This document shows, piece by piece, positions 28,051 to 39,400 of a DNA stretch of 56,155 bases (within the stretch, counting starts at the first letter, position 1; each line of letters begins with the position of its first letter). Origin of the DNA: Alphaproteobacteria bacterium (GTDB taxonomy: Bacteria > Pseudomonadota > Alphaproteobacteria > RF32 > CAG-239). A program made the position numbers and the translations under genes. The DNA lies in contig JAFVEP010000024.1 of the NCBI GenBank assembly GCA_017475935.1, positions 1 to 56,155 of the forward strand, read 5' to 3'. Under the pieces are notes generated by a model. The model saw nothing but the letters and a program-made list of their open reading frames with translations. It did no database searches and was not told the origin of the DNA.

Positions 28051-29607
28051 ATGAAAAAAATCATAATCATCGGTGCCGGTCCTGCCGGATTAACAGCAGC
28101 ATACGAGCTGACCAAACAAAAAAAAGAAAAATTTGACGTTATCGTTCTTGAGGAAGACCTTTCTGTTGGCGGAATTTCCAAAACCGTTCGTTATAAAGGC
28201 AATCGCATGGATATCGGCGGGCACCGTTTTTTTTCAAAAGACGCCCGTGTGGTTCAGTGGTGGAATAATTTGCTTCCTTTGCAAGGAAAACCATCTTATG
28301 ATGACCTGATCACAGGCCGTCAACTTGATTTGGCGGCAAATGGTCCCGATCCGCAGACAAATGACAAAGTGATGCTTAAAAGGCGCCGTGTTTCACGCAT
28401 TTATTATCGGCATAAATTCTTCGATTATCCGGTCAAAATGAATATGAACACCATTTTGAACATGGGGCTTTGGACGACCTTTAAAGCCGGATGCAGTTAC
28501 CTGCACGCCATCATGAAAAAATTGCCGGAAACGTCATTGGAAAATTTTTATATCAACCGTTTCGGCAAGCGCTTATATTCCATGTTTTTCGAGGGTTACA
28601 CCGAAAAATTGTGGGGGCGTCATCCGCGGGTTATCTCGGCCGATTGGGGCGCACAGCGCGTAAAGGGGCTGTCTATTGTCGCCATCATAAAGGATATTGT
28701 GCAAAAGCTTTTGCCGTTCAAATCTCATCACGTTGAAACATCACTGATTGAAGAATTCAGCTATCCGAAATTCGGCCCCGGACAATTATGGGAAACCGCC
28801 GCCGATGAAATCATTAAAGCCGGCGGCAAAATCATTCTCGGCGCCCGCGTAACCAAAATTAAAAAGAACGGCTATCGAATCACGGACATTACTTACGAAA
28901 AAGACGGTCGTGAATTTCAAGAAAAGGCCGACATTGTCATTTCATCCATGCCGATCAAAGACCTGATCGGAGGCATGAATAATGTAGCGCAAGCAATTCA
29001 GAACATCGCCGCCGGTTTGCCATATCGCGATTTTGTAACCGTCGGACTGCTGCTTGAAAAACTGAATTTAAAAAATAAAACCAAGCTGAAAACCTTAAAC
29101 AACATTGTTCCCGATTGCTGGATTTACGTTCAAGACACCAAAGTCAAATTGGGACGCATTCAAATTTTCAACAACTGGTCGCCTTACCTTGTGCAAGATC
29201 CGATGAAAACGGTTTGGATCGGCTTGGAATACTTTTGCACAGAAGGTGATCAACACTGGCAAATGACCGATGCCCAATGGCAGAAATTTGCAGCCGAAGA
29301 ACTGGTCGAAATGGGCATTATTGATAACCTTGAAGCCGTCAAAGATTCGCATGTTGAAAGAGTGAAAAAAGCTTATCCGGCCTACTTCGATACTTACAAA
29401 TATATCAACCGCCTGACCGATTGGCTGAACAAAATCCGCAATCTTTATTGCATCGGCCGCAACGGACAGCATCGCTATAACAATATGGATCATTCAATGG
29501 TTACCTCATTTTTGTGCGTCAAACATATTTTAGGCGAACTCAAAGACAAAAACGAAATTTGGAAAGTCAATACCGAAAAAGATTATCACGAAAAAGCCGA
29601 TCATTAA
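28051..29607 (+). CDS. NAD(P)/FAD-dependent oxidoreductase (amine-oxidase / UDP-galactopyranose-mutase-like fold)
   Basis: Rossmann motif [23 protein letters not shown] lies 5 nt before the ATG at 28051. The ORF also opens at 28039. Confidence 0.75.
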   Translation: MKKIIIIGAGPAGLTAAYELTKQKKEKFDVIVLEEDLSVGGISKTVRYKGNRMDIGGHRFFSKDARVVQWWNNLLPLQGKPSYDDLITGRQLDLAANGPDPQTNDKVMLKRRRVSRIYYRHKFFDYPVKMNMNTILNMGLWTTFKAGCSYLHAIMKKLPETSLENFYINRFGKRLYSMFFEGYTEKLWGRHPRVISADWGAQRVKGLSIVAIIKDIVQKLLPFKSHHVETSLIEEFSYPKFGPGQLWETAADEIIKAGGKIILGARVTKIKKNGYRITDITYEKDGREFQEKADIVISSMPIKDLIGGMNNVAQAIQNIAAGLPYRDFVTVGLLLEKLNLKNKTKLKTLNNIVPDCWIYVQDTKVKLGRIQIFNNWSPYLVQDPMKTVWIGLEYFCTEGDQHWQMTDAQWQKFAAEELVEMGIIDNLEAVKDSHVERVKKAYPAYFDTYKYINRLTDWLNKIRNLYCIGRNGQHRYNNMDHSMVTSFLCVKHILGELKDKNEIWKVNTEKDYHEKADH

Positions 29608-29720
29608 ATCTTTTGACTGCATAAACCATTGTCCATCTTTGAATAAAGGTTTTCGAATTTATTTCTTTTCACGTAAGACACTTTTGTTTTACGGTGTTTA
29701 AACAGAAAAGGAGAATTCAC

Positions 29721-29861
29721 ATGAAATCTAGAAAATTATCTTGCAATCCTAATTCAAAATCATCATCTTCACACGGCGGTTGCGGCTGCAAGGGCGCATC
29801 GGGCTACGAAAACGAAGAAGTGATCGAAGAAGAGGAAGTAACATTTTCAGATAAAAAGTAA
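29721..29861 (+). CDS. small ORF (46 aa) with a Ser/Cys/Gly-rich N-half and an acidic C-half
   Basis: Encodes MKSRKLSCNPNSKSSSSHGGCGCKGASGYENEEVIEEEEVTFSDKK. AAAGGAGAA lies 5 nt upstream of the ATG. The stop overlaps the AAGGAG RBS of hsp20. Below the ORF-track cutoff. Confidence 0.4.
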   Translation: MKSRKLSCNPNSKSSSSHGGCGCKGASGYENEEVIEEEEVTFSDKK

Positions 29862-29871
29862 GGAGCCGCCA

Positions 29872-30372
29872 ATGAAAAATATGGTATCCGGCTGTTCCGC
29901 CAGAAATCACGGCTCCGAGCTCGGTTCACCGAACCGCTCAAGCGAAATAAATAATCTGATGAATTATTTTTGGAATTACATGGACATGCCGTCAACTTTG
30001 GCCGAAACGCCTACGGAAATAGAACCGAAAATGCAGATTGCCGAAACAGATGACGCAGTCAGCGTTACGGCGGAACTTCCGGGAATTGCGGACAAAGATC
30101 TCGACTTGCAGATCTCTTCCGACGGCTATTTATCGATTTGCGGCGAAAAAAGAAATGTTGTCGAACAAACCGATAAAAATGCTTATTTTTCCGAAATTTC
30201 ATACGGAACATTTAAAAGGACAATTCCTTTGCCGTGGGATTTGGATTATGAAAAAGCAAAAGCGGATTTTCAAAACGGTGTTCTTAAGGTTTTTATTCCT
30301 AAATCACCGATTGAAAAACAAAAATTCCGCAAAATTGCCATTAATTCCTCACCATCAGAAAAAAACAACTGA
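29872..30372 (+). CDS. Hsp20/alpha-crystallin family small heat-shock protein
   Basis: Alpha-crystallin domain: VSVTAELPGIADKDLDLQI...GTFKRTIPLP...ADFQNGVLKVFIPK. Confidence 0.85.
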   Translation: MKNMVSGCSARNHGSELGSPNRSSEINNLMNYFWNYMDMPSTLAETPTEIEPKMQIAETDDAVSVTAELPGIADKDLDLQISSDGYLSICGEKRNVVEQTDKNAYFSEISYGTFKRTIPLPWDLDYEKAKADFQNGVLKVFIPKSPIEKQKFRKIAINSSPSEKNN

Positions 30373-30377
30373 TCTCA

Positions 30378-30410
30378 ACCCTGTTTCCTAAGGAAGCAGG
30401 GTCTTTTTTT
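30378..30410 (+). terminator. rho-independent terminator
   Basis: Stem ACCCTGTTTCC/GGAAGCAGGGT (one G-U pair) with loop taa, then CTTTTTTT. Confidence 0.8.
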
Positions 30411-30484
30411 ATCCGACTTTTAACCAAAACTTAAAGTTTCACAGTTACAATCATGCCGAGAGGATGTATAAGAAAGGTCGTATT

Positions 30485-33400
30485 ATGTCTGAAAATACGC
30501 TATTTACCAAGGTTGTGTGCGTGGCAACGGCATGTTGTTTTGCACAGTCGGTTATGCCTAAAATTGCTTACGGACGCGGATTGGATCCTGTTTCTTTCAG
30601 CAGAATGTATGCCGTCGCGCAAAGCGGCGACGTTGAGGGTTTACGCGCCTCAGTCTATCGCGGCATGAACATCGATGCGGTCAATGCCCGCGGCGATACC
30701 GGACTTTGTGTTGCGGCCAGAAATCGCGATTCTTATACATACAATGCTTTTCGGGCGGCCGGCGCAAATCCGCGTCACCCGTGCGTACAGAATATTAAAG
30801 GTTATGAAGATTTCGTCGAATCATCAAACGCTGTTCCGGTAACGGCCACACCGCGTGATGCGTACGGCACTCTCGGCAAGGAAGAATATAAAATTTCTTC
30901 TTGGGTATGGTGGGGACTCGGCGGATTAATCGTCACCGGCATTGCTTTGGGGCTGGCCTTTTCCTGCGGCGGTGGCGGCGGTGGCGGCGGCGATTCAGGC
31001 GGCAGTGGTAGCGGCGAAAGCTACAACAGCTTAGGCGCATACGCCGGTAAAAGCGGAAAAGTCCGCAAATCAACATCCGGCACAGCCACCAACACTTCAT
31101 CCATCACATGGGAAAACTCCAAAACAGACAAGATAACTGCCATTAATTTAAACAACAATGTTTTGAGTAACACGCAGTATTTAGATGTCATTTTGAATGC
31201 CAAAAAAGGCGGCAAATATACGAATGAGCAGAACAAAATTTTAAAAGCCGGCGCCGGAACGGTTGCCATGAACGCGGTTAAAAACAGTCAGACATCTAAC
31301 GAAGGCTACATTAATATTGACTCATACAATGCGTCCATCGGCATGATCGCCAGCGAATTATCAACCGCTGTAAATAACGGCCGCGGCATCATTGACGGCA
31401 GCGATACAAACGGTATTGATATCAATTTTTCCGGTTATAAAAAAGACAATGTTGTTATCGGCATGTATGCGGATACAAGTTCAACACTGACCAACAACGG
31501 TGACATCAAAGGATCAGCCGTTAAAGCAACAGCTGACCCGTCATCTCAGCAAAACACCAACAATGAAACAGGGTTGGTTTCTAACTTAACCGACGGAACT
31601 TCATCGTCAGCATCAACCTCCAGCAAGGGTACTCTTGTCGGCATGGAAGCCATGCTGATCAATGTCGGCACCGATTTAAGCAACAAATATGTCACTCTGA
31701 TCAATAACACCGGCGGCAAAATCAATTTAAGCGCCGGTGACGGCGGCACGGAAACCGAGGTCACTGTTTCCATGATCGGCATGGGAAGCTGGCTGGATTA
31801 TAATTTTATGAACAGCTCACAAAACATCAATCGGGCCGAAAACGTACAGATTATTAACAAAGGTGACATTTCTTTAAGTTACACCGGTTCTTACAGCACC
31901 CCATCGACAACGGATTTACGTAAGGGCTTAGGCGGCGTTGTCGGCATGCGCGGAGATGCGCGCACAAGTGTATTAAACTATGCAGATGCCCGCATCAGCA
32001 TCACACTTGATGATTACACGGCAAAATCCGACAACAATTCATCAAGTTCGCAAGCACAAAGCGGCACCGAAGTTGCGGCCGGCATGCAATCCGTTCATGG
32101 CGCCAATTTAACCAACAACGGCACGATTTCCATCATCACGCCTTCGTCAAACAACCGCATCAGTTACGGACTTCTTTCTGTTGAAGGATCGGGAACCGTT
32201 TCAGGACTTTACACCAATTTGAATCAAAAGCTGATCAATAACGGCAACATTCAAATGGAGGTCAGCAACAGCTACGGCATGGCTTCGTACAACGGCGGCA
32301 CACTAAGCAACATTGGAACAATCACCATGGGCCGCGCCGGCACAACAACCTTATACGGTAAAAACGTAGCCATGTACGGTTCCGGTTCAAGTCAGGAAAC
32401 GACCATGGAAAACACCGGCACCATTAATTTACATTCATATAAATCAACGGCCATGCAGAACGATTATCCGGGCGGCACCGTCATGTATAACAAAGGCATC
32501 ATCAACATTGAGCGCAGTGCGACAGACTCGTATGTTTTCGGCGGCGCATACAGTGAAGCGCACAACAGCAAGACCATCAACTATTATGCGACAGCCTCAA
32601 ATGAAGGATCATCCGGTTCAGAAAGCTCTGCCATTGGTACGGATGATGCACCTTTTGCCAACATCAAAACGCCTGTCGGTATTTCGGCTGTCAGCACAAA
32701 AGCGCAAACCGCCGACGGCAAAGAGAATTCCGACGGTTCTAAAACCGAGAAAATATATAACGATCAGGGCGCATCAATTTTACTCAGCGGCGCGGCATAT
32801 GTTTCTGCCCTGTCGGTTGAAACCGCACAAGGCCGTGCCGAAAACAACGGCACTATCACCATTCAGGACAGCGATGTTAAAAACGCCGTCGATTCGGTCG
32901 GTATGTACATGGACGCCAGCACAATTTCGAGCGCTCGTATCACCAATGGTGCGAACGGAGTGATCAAAACCAACTCTAGATTTTCCAAGGCAATGATGAG
33001 CCTTTCACCGGCAATTTCAGCCATGGTCAACAACGGAAAGATCGAAGCCAATGCCGAATATTCGTTCGGTATGTTTGCCGATGGCAAAAGTTTAGTCAAC
33101 AACACCTCCACCGGTCAAATCCAGCTTAACAACAATAACAGTGCTGCCATTTATGTCAAAGGGGCGTCAACAATCAACAACGACGGAACTTTAAATGTCG
33201 GACAGCGTGCGCAAGGCTTAATGAACAGCTACGGTATTTATTTGGATGGTGATGCCGCCGAAGCAACCAACAGCGGTATCATCAATGTTTATGCCGACAA
33301 AAAACGAAACACGAATGTTACGGCGGCAATTCTCTTAAACAAGAATGCGACGGTTAAAAACAAAAATATGATCCATGTCAATTCCGGCGGCGCTTATGGT

Positions 33401-36400
33401 ATTTATGCAAAAGCGGGCGAAGGCAGTTCCATCATCAACGAAACAGAAGGAAGTATCGTTGTCGGAACCAGAACCACCTCTGTCAGTGACAGTTACGCTA
33501 TTTATGCCGCAGAAGGCGCAAATGCCTCCATTACCAACAACGGAACAATCACTTTGAATAACAATGGCAAGGCCTATGCTATTTATGCTTTAGGTGAATC
33601 TTCCGTAATTAACAACGGCATCATCAATCTCGAAAATGACAACGGAACGGCTATTTCCGTTGCCAACGGCACAGCCAGCAATAAGAACACCTTAAACCTC
33701 TTGCACAATAACAATGTCGGGCTGGAATTAAACGGAGAAGGTGAAATTATTAACGAAGAAGGATCTGTCATTAATGTCGGCAACGCTTCAAGCTTCAATG
33801 TTTCAAACATCAGTCAAGGCAATGCGGCGATGAGTAACACGGCCGAAGCCAAAGGAACCATCACCAACAAGGGTGAAATTGTCATCGACAACAAGAACAG
33901 CAGCAGCGACAACACCGGAATCAGAGTTATTGAATCGGCTGACAGCGACTCCGAAGGCGGCGAATCTTCATCAGTGACCGTCAACAACAACGGCGTTCTG
34001 CGCGCACTGACCGGCTACACAACAGCCATTACAGCCGGAAAAAACACAACAGTCAACAATGACGGAACCATCACCATTCTGGCGAACAGTTACGGCATCA
34101 AAAGTATTGGTGAAACAGGCAGCTTTACGTTTACGAACCACAACAACGGCATCATTAATGTCAACGGCAACAATAGCAAGGGTGTTTATGCCGAAAACGG
34201 CACAATTAACAATTACGGCAAAATTTTAGTCGGCAATTACACAGGCAGCAATGGCATTGAAACTTACGGCAAAGTTTCCGGCATCAACAACTACGGCACA
34301 ATAAAAGTTACCGGCAACAGCTCCAACGGTATTTATGTTTATCCGGTCGGCGGCCAGACTTTAACCATAGCCAACGGCGCCGGAGCAGTCTTAGAGGGTG
34401 GTTTTGCTTCCGTCAATGCCAAAAATGTCGGCGCCGTCACCATCACCAACGACGGTAAAATCCGCAATGCACAATACGGCATTTACGCCACTGAAGGTGC
34501 TTCTGAATTAACCATTACCAACAACGATGAGCTGAGCGGCACCATCGCCGCCATTTATGCGGAAACAAACACAAGCGTCGACATCAAGAATATTGGTACA
34601 ATTACCAATGGTATTTATCTTGTTCCGAAGCGTGACGGTGTTAAAATCAGTATAACAAACACCGGCACCATCACCGGCAGCGCTTTAACGAAAAATTACG
34701 GCATTTATATCAATAACAGCGGTTTTACGCCAAGTGAAGAAAGCGGCTATTATTTTGAAGATAAAGATCTCGGCGGTGCGACATGTACCACGGCGCAAGG
34801 CGTACAATGGTGTTATAAGAAAAAAGAAGGCGGAGACGGAGAACAAGGCGGAGGCGGAGAACAAGGCGGAGGCGGAGAACAAGGCGGAGGCGGAGAACAA
34901 GGCGGAGGCGGAGAACAAGATCCTTATACCAACAGCAAAACTGTCAATGTTCCGGAAAATAAAATAGGATTTTCTTTTACCAATGGCAACGATTTCACAT
35001 TTACCAACAGTAAAGACACCGGTGTGATAAACATTATCGGCGCCAATGCCAAGGGGGTTTATGCCACCAGCGGCACAATCAACAACAAAGGAAAAATCAC
35101 CATCGGCAATTATGCTGACAGCTATGGCATTTACGCCGAGGGCAATGTCAAAGCCATCAACAACACAGGCAGCATCACGGTCAACAATGCGGCTTCCAGT
35201 GCAATTTACGCCGCACCGATCGGCGGTTCATCCATTGCTATCACTAATGGCGTCGGCGGCATTTTGAGCGGCGGTTTTGCCTCCATCAATGCCAACAATG
35301 TCGGTGCCGTTAACATCACCAACAGCGGTACAATTTCCGGCGCCAAATACGGCATTTATTCAACGCAAGGTGCTTCGCCTTTAACCATTATCAATAATAA
35401 TGCTTTGGGCGGCACGATTGCCGGCATTTATGCCGAATCGAACTCTAACATTAATATTACCAATTTAAGTACCATCACCAACGGCATTTTCCTTGTTCCA
35501 AAGACCGAAAATGTCGGGATTACGATTAATAATAGCGGCACAATCACCAACAACACCGGCAAGGTTGAAATCAATGGTCAGCTGATACTTGATAGCCAAA
35601 ACTACGGCATTTACATCTATCAGTCGGACTTCAACCGCGCATATACATTTGATAACCTCGGCGGAGCGACTTGGGGCACCAACCGCTTTGAGCCGGATGA
35701 TCCGTCAATTGTGGCCGATCTCAGCAACAACGAAAAGGTTATCGTTGCTAAAAAGGCATCTGAAAATCCTAAACATTTAGCATCTCCTGGATTCCAGATT
35801 CTCGAAAACAGGATATTTATTAATGATAGCAATGGCCATATTGCTTTCGCCCCAAATTCGGATAGCGATAGGCTATATGGAATAAATGCTTTAATGGGAA
35901 CAATTATTAACAGAGGAGTAATTGATGCTCAGTGTCCAATCGGTAATTGTTGGGCTATATCTGGTGGACGGCACATAAGCTCTATTAAAAACTATGGCAC
36001 AATTAAGGGAGAGATTGTACTACGTGATCTTGAATCAGATGCCACTTTAGTGAATGGGAAAAACGGCAATATAGTAAGTGACACATTCGCAATTAATGCA
36101 AAAAACGGTTCAAAATTAACCATTCTTAATGACGGAATAATAAGCAAAACGGAACATGCTACCAGTGAATCTTCTGTCTCATATTATGCTATCGATACAT
36201 ATGGCATTTCACAAGTAACAATTAAAAATAATTCTAAAATCACCTCATCAAGTGCCACAACTATCCATGCACGAGAGGTTAATGACATTGAGATTTATAA
36301 CACCGGTACTATTGAAAGCCCCGATACAGATTTTGTTGAGGCCATATATATTGAAGCAAACAATAGTATCAAGATTACCAATACTGGAAGCATCATCGGT

Positions 36401-39400
36401 GGTATTTACCTTGTTCCGAAGAACACAAGCACAACGATTGATTTATATAACTCAGGTACTATGTCCGGTGGACCTAGAAGGCATGAGGCTAACATTTACA
36501 TTGCTCCGGATGGCTTTACGAAAGAATACACCTTCACCAACTTAGGCTCGGCCACATGCGGCCCATCGGGAACATGCATCGTCCAAGCCCCTGAACCGGA
36601 AGAAACCGATACCGGTACAGGTACGGGCACAGGCACAGGTACGGGTACAGGAACTGGTACGGGTACAGGTACAAGCGGCGACAATACCGGCTCATTTGAT
36701 CCGTATGATTCTAGTATCGTCGCAAGTGAAACGAATAATGAGGATATAAGAGTAGATAGCATACAAGATGACGGCACAGCATTCTCAACAAATGCAATAG
36801 TCAATGGGATTGAAATTACGGGCAAAAGTAATTCTTTTGTTTTCGAAAATAAAGGTAAGATTACTGTGCAGAGAAGTTCTAGCCACGGCATAATTGCCGA
36901 CAGCGGCACAATCATTAACCTTGGTACGATTCAATTGGATGGTAGCTATGCAGATCAATTCGATCCGAATTATGAGAGTGGAAAGGCCAATTACCGAAAA
37001 GATCTCAAAGGTATCTTAGGTCGCGAAGATGTAAAAGCGATTAAAAATTACGGAACAATTAATATTGAGGGTAATCCGCAAGGGCATAATTATGGAATCA
37101 CAGCCTCTCAACTGAACTCTCCTTTCGTCATAACCAACGGTGTCGGCGGTAGCATTGCAGGTCCTGCCCAAAGCTCTATTTATGTAACTGATACGGGTTA
37201 CCCCGTAACAGTTAATAATGACGGCACAATCAGTGGCGCCAAAGAATATGGTATTTATGTTGCAACAACTTCAGATATAAATATTAACAACAGCGGTACA
37301 TTAGAGGGAACTGTTGCTGCAATTTATGCCGCAACAAATAAGAATATAAGCCTCACCAATACCGGAACGATAACAAATGGTGTTTATCTTTATATGGGCA
37401 GTGAAGATGCCACTATTCAAATTCACAACACCGGTACGATCACAGGTAGCGCCAAAACACATAATGTTGGAATTTATATCGACCATGCATATGAAAAAGA
37501 TTATGGCATTACATCTGCAGACTTGGGAGGTGCTTCTTGTTTAACTTCCAATGGTAAATGCATCTCTGATACAGGTACTGAACAAGGCGGAGGCACCGAC
37601 ACAACCCTTGAGCCAAGTACTGGCCCATTCGTCGCTCCGGATGATCCGTCGATTGTGGCCGATCAAAGCAATTCAGCAACAGTGTCACTTAACTACGCCA
37701 AAGATAAGGGATTTACCATTCAAAATCAAGATAACAGCTATGTATTCATTAATGAAGAAACCGGTATAATCAACGTTAATAAAAACGAATCAGCTATTGC
37801 TGCAGATAGCGGTACAATCATTAACCGCGGACAAATTAACGTAGCTGCTGGTGTTGGTATAGGTATTGATGTCAGTAAAAATATTCGAGCTATTAAAAAT
37901 TATGGCACAATTCAAGCCAGAGAAGGCACTGCTATTTCAGCAGGGAATTTGACCTCAGATCTGACTGTTTCCAACGGTTTCAATGGAGTCATAGAAGGTG
38001 AAGAAAAACCAGTTTATATAAACAATACATCGAATGCTGTTTCTTTGACGGTTCTCAATGATGGTCAAATTCGCAGTAAGGGATATGCCATTTATGCCAT
38101 CAACGATAACGGCTTAATCACAATTAAGAACCATGGAACAATTATCGGTGACAGCGACAACACAGGAAACTATACAGCTGTCTATGCACGATCCGCTGTA
38201 GGCTTTAACATTACCAATAGCGGAACCATTACTAATGGTATTTATCTCTTTCCTAAAAGCGAAAATGCCACGATTAACATCAAAAATACCGGAACCATCA
38301 CCGGCAATGCAAAAACACAAAATTTTGGAATTTACATAATGAATTCGTCTATAGTCCCAGAACTCAGACCATATTACAACCTCACAAGCGCGGACTTAGG
38401 TTCAGCGACATGTTCGACCGCACAAGGTTCCGAATATTGCGGTTCCGCCCCTGTGGGAAACAACAATGTCGGCACTTCATCCTTTACGAAGAAAATGTAT
38501 ACGCTGAAAATTTTGAACACGGGAACCATCGCCAACAGCGGTGAAATGAACTTCGGCGATGATCAAGATCCGAATATTTCCGTCGGCGCCGGCGGTCAAT
38601 ATCAGGCCGATTCGTTTACCGGAACGGTAGGCGCTGATTCCAGCATTGTCGAAAGCGGATTCGATACCACCTATGTCAATGAAAATTCATTCGTCGGTAC
38701 CGATAAAGGCATTGTCGTCAAATCAAAATCCTACATGTTCAACGCCGACAAACAGGCGAACGCAAACGGCAATACCGACGTTGTCATGACCATGAAATCC
38801 ATAGACAGTGTCGTTGATGATCAGAAAATTGCCGGCTATTTGACACAAAACTATGAAAACCAAAAAGGCGAAGTCCTGTTTGCCTCTTTAAAATCGGCCG
38901 CCACAAAGAAAGCTTTCGCACAAAACTTGAACCGCGATCTCGGCTTCAACATGATACCGAACTTAATCAAGCAAAATACGGACACCGAAAAGGTCATTCA
39001 TCGCGAAATCACCGACGCACTTTTTGCCTCCGATCGTGATGGTGCGCATATCAAAATGCTGACCTATCAACGTCGCGCCGGAACAAAAAGCGGAGCTTTG
39101 GGATACAAAGACAAAGTCAGCGGCGCTTTCGGATTTTATCAGCACACCTTATCGAATGGCATCCGCACAGCGCTCGGATTCGACATTTATCGTGCCGTCA
39201 GCAGTTATAACGATGACTCTTCACGTTATCACAACGCTGCCGAAATCTTTGCTCCGATCATGCTCGGATCGCGTGAAAATGCGCTGATGTTCAAGCCGAA
39301 AGCCGGATTTACCCGCGGACATTATCGCCGCAGAAGTGCTTATGACGCCCATAAAGCGCGCACAAAGGAATACTATTACGGTGCCGATACGCAGTTCGAA

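Larger units (their letters stand above)
34080..38450 (+). repeat. five diverged tandem intragenic modules of about 0.8-1.0 kb each
   Basis: The anchors GTI(N/I)N.G.I (34198, 35069, 35893, 36901, 37808), GTITNGIYLVPK-like (34596, 35467, 36386, 37363, 38221) and (D/N)LG(G/S)A(T/S)C recur in the same order. Confidence 0.8.

Noticed and set aside
29608-29720. Heat-shock (sigma32-type) promoter upstream of the small ORF and hsp20
   Set aside because: CTTTGAA-N13-ATTTATTT only loosely resembles the consensus. I could not support it without TSS data or comparison with other heat-shock genes.
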